Positions 29,753 through 39,290 of a stretch of DNA of 64,000 nucleotides are shown here, piece after piece. This DNA is from Lancefieldella parvula (lineage in GTDB: Bacteria > Actinomycetota > Coriobacteriia > Coriobacteriales > Atopobiaceae). The stretch's first letter is position 1, and each line of letters opens with the position of its first letter. The translations under genes and the position numbers were made by a program. The notes beneath the pieces are model-generated. The model saw only the letters and a list, made by a program, of their open reading frames with translations. It was not told the origin of the DNA and did not search any database. The DNA is taken from positions 18,635-82,634 of the forward strand of contig NZ_CAUUSI010000004.1 in NCBI RefSeq assembly GCF_963547875.1, in the 5' to 3' direction.

Positions 29753-30241
29753 GTGGCAGAAGAACTTACTAATTCGCAAGAGACCACCTCTGAAGAAATT
29801 GTTCCTGCAGAAGAGACAACAGATGTTCCTTCCGATGCAGATCTTGAGGATACAGACTCTCTTACCTTCTCTGGTGGAGTTGTCGAGAAGATCGTCTCGT
29901 TGGCTTTACGTGACGTCACCAACGTGGTGGGCGCTCGTGGAAACTGGCTTAACAGAGTTCAGGATGTACTTGGTGCATCTGATACGGCTAAAGGTGTCAC
30001 TGTAGAGGTGCTGCCTGACAGCTCGCTAAATGTTACCGTTTCTGTACTTATTAAATATGGTTCTTATGCGCCTCAGATTTTTGAAGACGTTAAACATACA
30101 ATTGTCGAGAAAATTACCGGTATGACAGGCCTTGAAGTTTCTGGTGTTAACCTACGAATTGAAGATGTTTTGACCGAAGAAGAATACGATCGCCTAAAAC
30201 ATCGTCCAGAAGAGCCTGAACAGCTAGACAAAGAAGAGTAA
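29753..30241 (+). CDS. Asp23/Gls24 family envelope-stress protein
   Basis: The motifs LTFSGGVVEKIVSLALRDV, GVTVEV and the ending VSGVNLRIEDV are typical of Asp23 proteins. Confidence 0.85.
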   Translation: MAEELTNSQETTSEEIVPAEETTDVPSDADLEDTDSLTFSGGVVEKIVSLALRDVTNVVGARGNWLNRVQDVLGASDTAKGVTVEVLPDSSLNVTVSVLIKYGSYAPQIFEDVKHTIVEKITGMTGLEVSGVNLRIEDVLTEEEYDRLKHRPEEPEQLDKEE

Positions 30242-30331
30242 AGTACGCTAAAGTTGCACTGTTTTACGCTTTTATAGTAATTGTTTTATTGTTTTGTCAC
30301 TACAAGCTCCCTAAGCGCAAGGAGTTTTACC

Positions 30332-32803
30332 ATGAAAAGGCTTTCACGTTGGAGCATGGCGATTGTTGCTACGTTTGTGCTAGCACTCTCGCTCGTTGGA
30401 GGACTTGCAAAGCAAGCACTCGCAGACACCACCCCTGTTACCTCAGAGGCTGAGCTGCTGGCTGCTATTGCTGCTGCTCCAGCAGATGGTTCGCAGACTA
30501 TCGTTCAGGTAAATGCGGACTTTACCATTACTGCTCCAGTCCAGGTTCCAGCTAATAAGAACATTAGGTTGATGGGTACTGGAACTATCACAAGTGCCAT
30601 GACCGGCTCTAATTTCTATATGTTCAAGATTGCTTCTGGCGGCGCAGTTACTCTTGATGGCGCCACCATTGATGGCAACAACACTGCATTTGCCGTTGAG
30701 AACCGTGGTAGCTTTACCTTGCTTCGTGGCGTTATTAAAAACGGTAAGGCAAAACCTACACCTGGAAATAACGGCGTAGTTCTTACTACTGGCGCTGGCG
30801 CAAAATTTGTTATGGCCGGCGGCACCATTCAGGACAGCACGGTTGCTAACGCTCTTGGTGGCGCAGTTACTGTTGCAAATGGTGCAACAGGTGAGCTCCG
30901 TGACGGTACCATTCAGAACACTACTCTTACCAATCAGTACTCCGGTAGCGTTTTGGTAAGAAATGCAGATTTCACTATGACTGGCGGAACCATCACTGGG
31001 GGCGATGCTTCTTCTACCATTAATTCTTCTGGTGGTCTGATGCTCTATGCCTTGGATCCAAACGGTGAGACAACAACAGCCACTATGGGTGGTGGATATA
31101 TCACTAACAATAAGGCTGTTGAAGGTGCAGGCGTCTACATTTACGCAGGTAATCCTCAGTTTGGTGATTCTAAGTCAAAGGCAGACTTTACCTTCAACGG
31201 TGGCTCTATTACTAATAATGTTGCTTCTGAGTCCGGTGGTGGTATCTACGTAATCTGGAACGGCAACATTGTTATGAATAACGGCATCATCAAGAACAAC
31301 ACTGCTGGCATTGCTGGCGGTGGCGTTGCTACCTACGACCAGTTTGTTGGTGTTGTTGGTGGTCAGAAGGTTCCTTATTCCAAGGTTGGTGCTCCATGGA
31401 ATAACTGGCCAAACATTTATCGCGCTGGCTTCACCATGAATGGTGGCTCTATTGACGGAAACAAGGTCACTAGTAATGGCACCAACCAGCTTGGCGATAA
31501 GGGTGTTGGTGCTGGTATTTATGTTGCATCTGCTAATGTAACCCTTAATGCTGGTGAAATTATCAATAACACTGCAAATGACCAGGGCGGCGCAGTTTAC
31601 GTTGCTTCTGTTCCTTATGTTGTCCACATTAATAACGCACTTATTAAGAACAACACCGCAACTGTTATTGGTGGTGGTGCTTGGTTCTGCCCAACTGGTG
31701 TAGCTGAATTCCACTCCAAAAATGGCGTAGCATTCTTCAACAACACCGCAAATGGTGCTGGTGATGAGATTGCAACCGTTCGCGGTGCAGGTGAATCTGC
31801 TGGTGCAACTATTTCTGATTATATGCTTGGTGGTGCCTCTGCACATTGGACTAAGGATGGCGCGGTTACCATCAACCTTCCTTCAATCCTTGGTGAAGCT
31901 GATCCAGCTGCTGCACGTCATACTACTGAAGAAGTAAGCAATATCGTTAACAACACCGATATGCTTGCTCTTGAGTCTAATCTTCGTTATAGCTCTATCG
32001 CCGCAGCACAGAATAAGGCTCAGCTGATTATTTCTGGAAATACCGCACAGCGTGGTGGTGGTATTGGCTCCAACGGTACCGTTATTACTGGTGAAGAGGG
32101 TACTCAGGATGTAACCGTTAAGAAAGTTTGGGATACTTCTGCAAACCCAGATGCAGTTATTCCAGAGACGCTTACTGTTTATCTAAAGGCAGATGGATAT
32201 GTTGTTGACTCCGTTGAGCTTTCTGCGGCAAACAACTGGGAGCATACATTCCACGGTCTTCCTGATAACGTAACTTTGAGCTTTACAGAAGGAACCGTAG
32301 TCGGTTGGACTGCTCAGACTCCTGAGGTTAACGGTAACATCACTACCTTGACTAACAAGGCTGATGCTCCTGTAACTCGCGATGTTCCAGTAACCAAGGT
32401 TTGGAATGGTACAAAGAAGGATTCTGTAACCGTTCACCTGCTTGCTGATGGTGTTGACACTGGTCAGACCCTTGTCCTTTCTGAGGCAAACAATTGGACC
32501 GGTTCATTTGTTGGTGTAAATCTTTACGCAGCAGATAATCACGTCATTGCTTACACCGTTTCTGAGGATGCTATTGAGGGTTACACTTCTGAGATAACTG
32601 GTGATATGGCTAATGGCTTTACCATTACCAACACCGAGACTCCAGTTACCCCAACTCCAACTCCAGAGAAGCCTGGTAAGAAGCGTAAGCACCGCACGCC
32701 TGATACTGGTGACGCAAGTGTTGTAGCTATGGTTGCGTTTGCAACGGTCGGCGCTGGCTTTGTTGGTGTTGGAGCATATGCTCGCACTCGTAAAGAGCAG
32801 TAA
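30332..32803 (+). CDS. Large secreted beta-helix-repeat adhesin-like protein with two C-terminal Cna-B-type domains and a TPDTG-type wall-anchor-like tail
   Basis: A signal peptide (MKRLSRW...KQALA) is followed by many G-G-x-I/V-x-N degenerate parallel-beta-helix-like repeats. The Cna-B-like domains contain VTVKKVWD...NNWEHTFHGLP and VPVTKVWNG...NNWTGSF. The C-terminus has TPDTGD, a hydrophobic segment and RTRKEQ. Confidence 0.75.
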   Translation: MKRLSRWSMAIVATFVLALSLVGGLAKQALADTTPVTSEAELLAAIAAAPADGSQTIVQVNADFTITAPVQVPANKNIRLMGTGTITSAMTGSNFYMFKIASGGAVTLDGATIDGNNTAFAVENRGSFTLLRGVIKNGKAKPTPGNNGVVLTTGAGAKFVMAGGTIQDSTVANALGGAVTVANGATGELRDGTIQNTTLTNQYSGSVLVRNADFTMTGGTITGGDASSTINSSGGLMLYALDPNGETTTATMGGGYITNNKAVEGAGVYIYAGNPQFGDSKSKADFTFNGGSITNNVASESGGGIYVIWNGNIVMNNGIIKNNTAGIAGGGVATYDQFVGVVGGQKVPYSKVGAPWNNWPNIYRAGFTMNGGSIDGNKVTSNGTNQLGDKGVGAGIYVASANVTLNAGEIINNTANDQGGAVYVASVPYVVHINNALIKNNTATVIGGGAWFCPTGVAEFHSKNGVAFFNNTANGAGDEIATVRGAGESAGATISDYMLGGASAHWTKDGAVTINLPSILGEADPAAARHTTEEVSNIVNNTDMLALESNLRYSSIAAAQNKAQLIISGNTAQRGGGIGSNGTVITGEEGTQDVTVKKVWDTSANPDAVIPETLTVYLKADGYVVDSVELSAANNWEHTFHGLPDNVTLSFTEGTVVGWTAQTPEVNGNITTLTNKADAPVTRDVPVTKVWNGTKKDSVTVHLLADGVDTGQTLVLSEANNWTGSFVGVNLYAADNHVIAYTVSEDAIEGYTSEITGDMANGFTITNTETPVTPTPTPEKPGKKRKHRTPDTGDASVVAMVAFATVGAGFVGVGAYARTRKEQ

Positions 32804-32827
32804 GCAACACACATACACTTAGTATGC

Positions 32828-32860
32828 AGATCCCCCGCTTTTATAAAAAGCGGGGGATCT
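32828..32860 (+). terminator. Strong rho-independent terminator
   Basis: AGATCCCCCGCTTT-tataa-AAAGCGGGGGATCT followed by TTTG. Confidence 0.75.
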
Positions 32861-33028
32861 TTGTCAGAAGGACGATTCCTTGTTTTAACTGGAGATGTTT
32901 ACGTTCACCGAATTTGCCAACCGTTTAACCAATAAGAGTGTTCTTCTCGCCAGGAGAGATTAGAGAAGAACGACAATACTACTAGGTGGATAGTGAGTAT
33001 CTGCATGAGTACCTTATTGGAGGTTGTT

Positions 33029-33793
33029 ATGGAGCTCAAAGCTGATAAAAAAGTAATTGTCGAGCGTAATAACAAGGTTGTGTATGACAACGGAGACACA
33101 GTCGTTAAGGTGTTCAGCGGAAGCAAACCTTCTGCTGATATTATGAATGAGGCATTAAACCTCACTCGTGCTGAGCAGGCCGGCATCAACGTTCCATCTC
33201 TTGTAGAGATTAGTAAAGTTGGTAATTGCTGGGCTGTTTCAACCAGAAAAGTTGAAGGTAAAACAATTAGGCAGCTTATTGAGGAGCATCCAGAAAAAGA
33301 GGATGAGTATCTCAATAAGTTTGTCGATATTGAGCTGGCCATTCACGCTCATAAGGCACCACTTCTTACTCATCAAAAAGACAAGTTCACCCGAATGATT
33401 AACAGCATTCCAGACATCCTTGATGAGGCCACAAGGTATGAGCTTCTACTTAAGCTTGATGGCATGAAACCTCACACTAAGGTTTGCCACGGTGACTTTG
33501 TCCCGTCCAATGTTATTCTCGCCGAAGATGGCGCTCCTGTAATTCTTGACTGGGCCCATGCAACACAAGGCAATGGCGCTGCAGACTGCGCTACAACTTA
33601 CCTGCACCTGCTTCTTCATGGTGATGAGGAACTTGCCGAGAAATACATCAATTTTTATTGCACTAAGCAGGGCTGCACTCGTCAGTATGTAAACGAATGG
33701 CTTGGCATTATTGCTGCAGCAGAGCTTGCTCGCGGTCGTGTAAAAGAAACAGAGTTCCTGCTTAAGTGGGTAAATGTTTTTGATGCAATGTAG
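33029..33793 (+). CDS. Phosphotransferase-family (APH/choline-kinase-like) small-molecule kinase
   Basis: The Brenner-type motif HGDFVPSNVIL is followed by ILDWAHA. The start was set at MELKADKK, which follows GGAGG. Confidence 0.7.
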   Translation: MELKADKKVIVERNNKVVYDNGDTVVKVFSGSKPSADIMNEALNLTRAEQAGINVPSLVEISKVGNCWAVSTRKVEGKTIRQLIEEHPEKEDEYLNKFVDIELAIHAHKAPLLTHQKDKFTRMINSIPDILDEATRYELLLKLDGMKPHTKVCHGDFVPSNVILAEDGAPVILDWAHATQGNGAADCATTYLHLLLHGDEELAEKYINFYCTKQGCTRQYVNEWLGIIAAAELARGRVKETEFLLKWVNVFDAM

Positions 33794-33821
33794 TTGGTTA
33801 CAAGAACTTTAAACTAGCCGG

Positions 33822-33850
33822 GAAGAGCCTCGTCAGGGGCTCTTCTTTTA
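33822..33850 (+). terminator. Hairpin terminator
   Basis: GAAGAGCC-tcgtcagg-GGCTCTTC followed by TTTTATT. Confidence 0.55.
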
Positions 33851-33893
33851 TTACACTTCTAACTGCTCAATAAAGTAACGTGAGGAGTTAGCT

Positions 33894-34532
33894 ATGTATG
33901 ATGTTGATCCAAAGCAGACCACTGTAAACTCAGAAAATAAGAAATCAAAGCTTGAGCGTATGAGTGCGGGAGAGTGGTGTGGCGGCTCTGACGAAGAGCA
34001 GAGCGCTGCGTTTTGGCGAGCAAAGGATCTTGCCTGGGAGTTTAATCAGACCCGTCCAAGTGATAAAGAAAAGTGCCGTCAGATTTTGACTGAACTTCTC
34101 GGTGAACTAGGAGAGGGAAGTGCAGCAGTTTCTCCTTTTAATGTTGACTATGGCTTCAACATCAAGATTGGCCCACATAGCTTTATCAATCACGGTGCAT
34201 ACTTGATGGATTGTGCGCCTATCACTTTTGGTGCTCATAGTTTTGTGGGTCCTCAGTTTAAGGCGTACACCGTCCAGCACCCTCTAGATGCTGAGGAGAG
34301 AAATGCTTGGTATGAGCGAGCATTGCCTATCACGGTGGGAGATAACTGCTGGTTTGGCGGAAATGTGACGGTGCTTCCCGGTGTAACTATCGGAAATAAC
34401 TGTGTAATTGGTGCTAATAGTCTGGTTACTAAAGATATTCCAGACAATTCTCTTGTTGTTGGTTCTCCCGCAAAGGTCGTACGTCAAATTACCGAGGCAG
34501 ATAAGCTGGGACTTAAAGAGCTTTTGGGCTAG
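33894..34532 (+). CDS. Sugar O-acetyltransferase (maltose/galactoside acetyltransferase-like, hexapeptide repeat)
   Basis: The N-terminus is Mac-like (KLERMSAGEW...). Left-handed beta-helix hexapeptide repeats are present (GDNCWFGGNVTVLPGVTIGNNCVIGANSLV). Confidence 0.85.
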   Translation: MYDVDPKQTTVNSENKKSKLERMSAGEWCGGSDEEQSAAFWRAKDLAWEFNQTRPSDKEKCRQILTELLGELGEGSAAVSPFNVDYGFNIKIGPHSFINHGAYLMDCAPITFGAHSFVGPQFKAYTVQHPLDAEERNAWYERALPITVGDNCWFGGNVTVLPGVTIGNNCVIGANSLVTKDIPDNSLVVGSPAKVVRQITEADKLGLKELLG

Positions 34533-34694
34533 TCCTGTTAGGCTGGGAGCGCGTGGCTTCGGGGCATAGGACTTCAGAGTACTCGATTTCAGAGCGCACA
34601 AAAAATGCGCGATTTAAGAAAACGCTGCTAGATTAGGCCTTTTAGGGAGATTGTTTAACTATTTATTTGATGTTAGAGGCATCCGCGCTATAAT

Positions 34695-34795
34695 AAATAT
34701 ACGGGGAGCTGGGAAATGGCCCGGCTGAGAGGCAGCACCTTATGCTGCGACCCATAAACCTGATCTGGGCAATGCCAGCGTAGGGAGCCTATGCC
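34695..34795 (+). promoter_or_regulatory. TPP (THI-box) riboswitch
   Basis: The conserved cores GGGGAGC...CTGAGAG...ACCC-ATAAACCTGATCTGGGCAATGCCAGCGTAGGGA are present. A TATAAT lies just upstream (~34689). It sits directly 5' of a thiXYZ-like operon. Confidence 0.85.
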
Positions 34796-34824
34796 GTCCT
34801 TACGCACTATAAGAAGGAGGGCAT

Positions 34825-35598
34825 ATGAAAAAACTTTCTCAGTTTGCATTGCAAGCCATATCCCTTACTTCTTTTCTTGTGCTTTGGCAGCTTGTTATTG
34901 TTGCAGGAATTATTCCAAATTACCTTGTTCCAACTCCTGTTCAGGTTGTATTTGCGCTGGTTAAGGACTTTCAGCTTCTTATGACACATACAGGGATTAC
35001 GCTTTTAGAATCCCTTGTAGGTCTGGCTATTGGAGTGCTTATTGGCTTTGCGCTTGCGGTTCTTATGGACTTCTTCAAAACGCTGGACAAACTGCTCTCT
35101 CCACTTGTAACTATTTCACAGACTATCCCTATTGTGACCATTGCGCCGCTTTTGGTACTTTGGCTGGGTTATGGCCTTTTGCCAAAGATTGTTCTTGTGG
35201 CTATTTCAACGTTTTTCCCTATTACCGTGGCGCTTAACTCAGCATTTAAAGCAATAGATCCCGATATGGTTGACCTGATGACCACCATGGGAGCTAGTCG
35301 TGTGCAGATTTTTTGGCATGTCAAGTTGGCCGCTGCTGCACCACAGTTTTTCTCGGGACTCAAAATGAGCGTGACCTACGCCGTAATTGGTGCAGTAATC
35401 GCAGAATGGCTGGGAGGCGACGCTGGCCTTGGTGTCTATATGACGCGCGTCAGAAAGGCGTTTGCGTACGACAGGATGTTTGCGGCAATCGTGGTGGTGT
35501 CTGCGCTGTCGCTAGTATTAATGAAGGTTGTTGAACTTGTCCAAAAACGTGCACTTCCTTGGGATACCTCTCAGGATGCCAAAGAATCTGCACGATAA
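34825..35598 (+). CDS. thiX: ABC transporter permease (TauC/SsuC-type; ThiX-like HMP/thiamine-precursor importer)
   Basis: Six TM segments and a BPD-transport motif region are present, and the RBS is strong. The assignment relies on the TPP riboswitch and the neighbouring NMT1/THI5-type binding protein. Confidence 0.75.
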   Translation: MKKLSQFALQAISLTSFLVLWQLVIVAGIIPNYLVPTPVQVVFALVKDFQLLMTHTGITLLESLVGLAIGVLIGFALAVLMDFFKTLDKLLSPLVTISQTIPIVTIAPLLVLWLGYGLLPKIVLVAISTFFPITVALNSAFKAIDPDMVDLMTTMGASRVQIFWHVKLAAAAPQFFSGLKMSVTYAVIGAVIAEWLGGDAGLGVYMTRVRKAFAYDRMFAAIVVVSALSLVLMKVVELVQKRALPWDTSQDAKESAR

Positions 35599-35633
35599 CT
35601 TGACGAAACTCAAAGAAAGAAGTGATTACGCGC

Positions 35634-36686
35634 ATGAACGCATTTAATCGCAAGGGTATAACAAGAAAAGGCTTTCTAGCTGCGATGGGTTTCTCGACAG
35701 CAGGACTTTGCGCAGGTTGCTCGCTTGAACAGCCGTCTGCTCCATCCAACGCAAACAAGGGTGCTGGGCAGAATTCCGGCAGCCCCACAGAGATTACGTT
35801 TGCCCTGGACTACACCCCAAACACCAACCATACCGGCATTTATGTGGCTCAGGAGAAGGGCTACTTTGACGAGGTTGGCCTCAAGGTAACTATTCAGCAG
35901 CCACCTGCCGATGGTGCCGATGCGCTGATTGGTGCTGGTGGCGCACAGATGGGCGTTACCTACCAGGACTATATTGCTAACAGCCTCTCATCTTCTAATC
36001 CGCTGCCATATACTGCGGTGGCTGCTATCATTCAGCACAATCTTTCAGGCATTATGAGCCGTGAAGAAGATCACATTGTTCGTCCGCGTGACCTTAATGA
36101 TCGTACTTACGCAACGTGGAATCTCCCTGTTGAGCAGGCTACTATCAGGTCAGTTATGGAGTCTGATGGAGGAGATCCCTCCACGCTTAAAATGGTACCT
36201 TATGAGGTAGATGATGAGGTATCTGGACTAAAAGCAAAGATGTTTGATGCTGTTTGGGTGTATGAGCAGTGGGCTGTTCAAAACGCTCGTGTTCAGAACT
36301 TTGCGTACAACTACTTTGCGTTTGCAGCTATTGATCAGAATTTTGACTACTACACGCCAGTTATCGCAGTAAATGATGGCTTTGCAAAAGAGAATCCAGA
36401 CGCTGTTAAGGCCTTCTTAAGCGCTACCAGAAAAGGTTATGAGTTCTGCGTTTCTAACCCTGATGAAGCGGCAGAAATTCTACTCAAAGCTGTTCCAGAA
36501 CTTGACGCTGACCTGGTTAAAGCTTCTCAGAAGTTCTTGGCTGCCAAATACATTGACGACGCCGAGAAGTGGGGAGTTATTGACTCTGCTCGCTGGCAGC
36601 GATTCTACACCTGGCTCAATAACCAGCAGCTGCTAGAGAATAAGATTGACCCATCCGCAGGATTTACTAGTGAGTACCTTGGATAA
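35634..36686 (+). CDS. thiY: NMT1/THI5-like substrate-binding lipoprotein (ThiY-like)
   Basis: The lipobox is LCAGC. The motif FALDYTPNTNHTGIYVAQEKGYFDEVGLKV is typical of the THI5/NMT1 family. The start is ambiguous between 35622 and 35634. Confidence 0.8.
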   Translation: MNAFNRKGITRKGFLAAMGFSTAGLCAGCSLEQPSAPSNANKGAGQNSGSPTEITFALDYTPNTNHTGIYVAQEKGYFDEVGLKVTIQQPPADGADALIGAGGAQMGVTYQDYIANSLSSSNPLPYTAVAAIIQHNLSGIMSREEDHIVRPRDLNDRTYATWNLPVEQATIRSVMESDGGDPSTLKMVPYEVDDEVSGLKAKMFDAVWVYEQWAVQNARVQNFAYNYFAFAAIDQNFDYYTPVIAVNDGFAKENPDAVKAFLSATRKGYEFCVSNPDEAAEILLKAVPELDADLVKASQKFLAAKYIDDAEKWGVIDSARWQRFYTWLNNQQLLENKIDPSAGFTSEYLG

Positions 36687-36717
36687 GAAGCTTATTGACA
36701 TAACAGAAGGTGCTGCT

Positions 36718-37575
36718 ATGGACGCTTCTGGCGAGAAAAGCCTAGGAGCTGCACCTGCATGCGAGCCACAACAGGACGTGCCAGCACTTGAGGCGCGCAA
36801 TCTTATGCTGGTTTGGGGAAACGGTCAGGTAGTTGCTCAGGATATCTCGATTGAGCTGCAACCTGGCACCATTACCTGCTTGGTTGGTCGCTCAGGCTGC
36901 GGCAAGACAACACTGCTCCATGCGCTTGCAGGACTTCTGCAGCCGAGACAGGGCAAGGTACTGCTGCATGGCTCTGACGTCACAGGGCATCCGGGACACA
37001 TTGGCTACATGCTCCAGAAGGATTTGCTCATCCCAAGCAAGCGCATCATCGACAACGTAGCGCTTCCGCTTGAGCTGAAGGGCGTCTCGCGCTCTGAGGC
37101 ACGTGCACGAGCCCAGGAGATGCTGGAACGTGGTGGACTTGAGCGCGTGGCGCAAAGCTGGCCTCACGAGCTCTCAGGCGGCATGAGACAGCGTGTTGCG
37201 TTCCTGCGCACGGCACTCATTGGCTCAGATATTATGCTGCTGGACGAGCCCTTCTCGGCACTAGATGCTCTCACACGGCGAGAAATGCGTGCGTGGCTCA
37301 TGTCTTCCGTGAAGGAGTTTGGCCTCTCGGCACTGGTGATCACGCACGACGTTGATGAGGCGGTTGCCATGGCTTCTCGCATTTACGTAATGGCGGGCAG
37401 TCCCGCGCAGGGTGTGGTAACCAAGATTGTGGGCGTTGTTGAGCCGCAGGGCTACACTGATGCGGTGGAGGCAGACTCTGGCAAAGGCGCTGGTCAAGGT
37501 GCTGACCTGGCATCATTTGATTTGAGCGAAGAGTTTTTGGCTGCCAAGCGAGAAGTGCTTTCATTGCTGGGATAA
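36718..37575 (+). CDS. thiZ: ABC transporter ATP-binding protein (ThiZ-like)
   Basis: Walker A is GRSGCGKTT, the signature is LSGGMRQRVAF and Walker B is MLLDEPFSALD. The start was set after the thiY stop. Confidence 0.85.
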   Translation: MDASGEKSLGAAPACEPQQDVPALEARNLMLVWGNGQVVAQDISIELQPGTITCLVGRSGCGKTTLLHALAGLLQPRQGKVLLHGSDVTGHPGHIGYMLQKDLLIPSKRIIDNVALPLELKGVSRSEARARAQEMLERGGLERVAQSWPHELSGGMRQRVAFLRTALIGSDIMLLDEPFSALDALTRREMRAWLMSSVKEFGLSALVITHDVDEAVAMASRIYVMAGSPAQGVVTKIVGVVEPQGYTDAVEADSGKGAGQGADLASFDLSEEFLAAKREVLSLLG

Positions 37576-37633
37576 TTGCCTGGATGCATTGCTGCGGGTG
37601 CGCGGGTTTCTCGCCTTGAATTTGATACAGAAA

Positions 37634-37664
37634 AAAGACGTGAGAGTTTGTCTCTCACGTCTTT
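37634..37664. terminator. Bidirectional hairpin terminator
   Basis: AAAGACGTGAGAG-tttgt-CTCTCACGTCTTT lies between convergent genes. Confidence 0.7.
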
Positions 37665-37724
37665 CTTGTTAGCTTGATTTTCGTGCACACAATTTTGTTT
37701 GTGCAGTTAATTTGCGTAGCTTAA

Positions 37725-39146
37725 TTACTCGCTGAACTCAAGGAATGCGCGGTATCCACGATATGCCTCAAAGATGTCGGCCTTGTTTGCAATCTCCCAA
37801 GGTGCGTGCATGGAGAGAACAGGAACGCCGCAGTCGATGACGTGCATGCCATATTTAGCCAACATGTATGCGATAGTTCCGCCGCCACCAGCGTCAACGC
37901 GGCCAAGCTCAGCGGTCTGGAACTGAACGCCGGCGTTGTCCATAATGCGGCGAATCAGTGCTACGTACTCGGCATCAGCGTCGTTGGAGCCAAACTTGCC
38001 GCCACTACCAGTGAACTTGTTGAATGCAAGGCCATGACCCATGATAGCAGAGTTCTTGATTTCAAAGCTTCCCGTAAAGCTAGGATCATAACCAGCAGAA
38101 ACGTCGCTGGAGAGCATGTAGGAGTTGGCCATGCAGCGGCGTAGGGAAAGTGGAGACTCAAAACCAGCAAGTGCCAGGACCTCTGCCATGATGTTCTCAA
38201 AGAAGAGGGAGTTCATGCCAGTAGCGCCAACGGAGCCAATCTCTTCCTTGTCGGTCAGGATGGTGACGGAGGTACGTGCAGGAAGATCGCACTCAAGCTG
38301 CGCAATCAGGGAAGGGTAGGAGCAGCTGCGGTCGTCGTGACCATAACCCAAAATCATGGAGCGATCAAAGCCCATGTCACGAGCAGGACCTGCAGGAACA
38401 ATCTCAAGCTCAGCGGAGAGAAGATCTGCTTCCTCAATGCCGTAGAGGTCCTTCAGGATATTGATGACGTTAGTCTTAACAGCTTCCTTTGGCTCATCGC
38501 CCTCTGCATCAGCGGGTTTCTCGCCATTCTGGCCCCAAACAAGTGGACGATTGCCAACAATGAGGTCAAGCATCTCACCCTCGATGACCTTGGAAGCAGT
38601 CTTACCAAGCTGCTCAGCACTCAAGTGGATGAGAAGGTCGGAGATGCAGAAAACAGGGTCCGTTGGATCCTCACCAACGCATACGTTTACGACGCTACCG
38701 TCTTTAAGTGCAAGAACGCCATGAATTGCCAGAGGAATGGTGACCCACTGGTACTTCTTGACGCCGCCATAGTAGTGGGTGTCAAGGGTAGCAAGCTCAT
38801 TGCGCTCCTCGAGAGGATTCTGCTTGACGTCCAAGCGAGGGGAGTCGATGTGAGCACCAAGAATGTTTAGACCCTCTTCCAGGGATTTGGTACCAATCTG
38901 GACAAAGATGACGGACTTGCCGCGAATGTCTGCATAGACTTTGTCGCCAGCCTTGAGAGTTTTACCTGCAGCGATGGCGTCAGAAAGCTTGACGTAACCT
39001 GCTGCCTCGGCAAGCTTGATAGCGCTTGCGGCGCATTCGCGCTCAGTCTTGTTCTCGGAGATAAACTTTCTGTAGCCCTCGGTAAACGACTGGAGTTTGT
39101 CCAGGTCCTCCGAGGTGTACTTTTTCCATGCGTTTGTGGTTTCCAT
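37725..39146 (-). CDS. M18-family aminopeptidase
   Basis: A ~473-aa protein with the motifs GAHIDSPRLD, GYGHDDRSCSY and SMHAPWE. The start was set at METTNAW. The upstream Ala-rich extension comes from the GC-rich spacer. Confidence 0.8.
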   Translation of the reverse strand: METTNAWKKYTSEDLDKLQSFTEGYRKFISENKTERECAASAIKLAEAAGYVKLSDAIAAGKTLKAGDKVYADIRGKSVIFVQIGTKSLEEGLNILGAHIDSPRLDVKQNPLEERNELATLDTHYYGGVKKYQWVTIPLAIHGVLALKDGSVVNVCVGEDPTDPVFCISDLLIHLSAEQLGKTASKVIEGEMLDLIVGNRPLVWGQNGEKPADAEGDEPKEAVKTNVINILKDLYGIEEADLLSAELEIVPAGPARDMGFDRSMILGYGHDDRSCSYPSLIAQLECDLPARTSVTILTDKEEIGSVGATGMNSLFFENIMAEVLALAGFESPLSLRRCMANSYMLSSDVSAGYDPSFTGSFEIKNSAIMGHGLAFNKFTGSGGKFGSNDADAEYVALIRRIMDNAGVQFQTAELGRVDAGGGGTIAYMLAKYGMHVIDCGVPVLSMHAPWEIANKADIFEAYRGYRAFLEFSE

Positions 39147-39199
39147 ACCTATCCTTTCTGTAGCAAGCTCAGTTGAGCTGCTGTTTGTTGTTGCTGTTA

Positions 39200-39290
39200 G
39201 GTGCGTTGCAGTGGCCGCGAAGGCGGCTGCTGCGCCGGCGGCTGCTGCGCGGCGGCAACCGCCGGCGCCGGCAATTGACACGACCGCGGC
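39200..39290. repeat. GC-rich intergenic tract with a tandem 15-nt duplication
   Basis: GGCGGCTGCTGCGCC (39222-39236) is followed immediately by GGCGGCTGCTGCGCG (39237-39251). Next comes GGCGG-caa-CCGCC and then GCCGGCGCCGGC. Confidence 0.7.
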
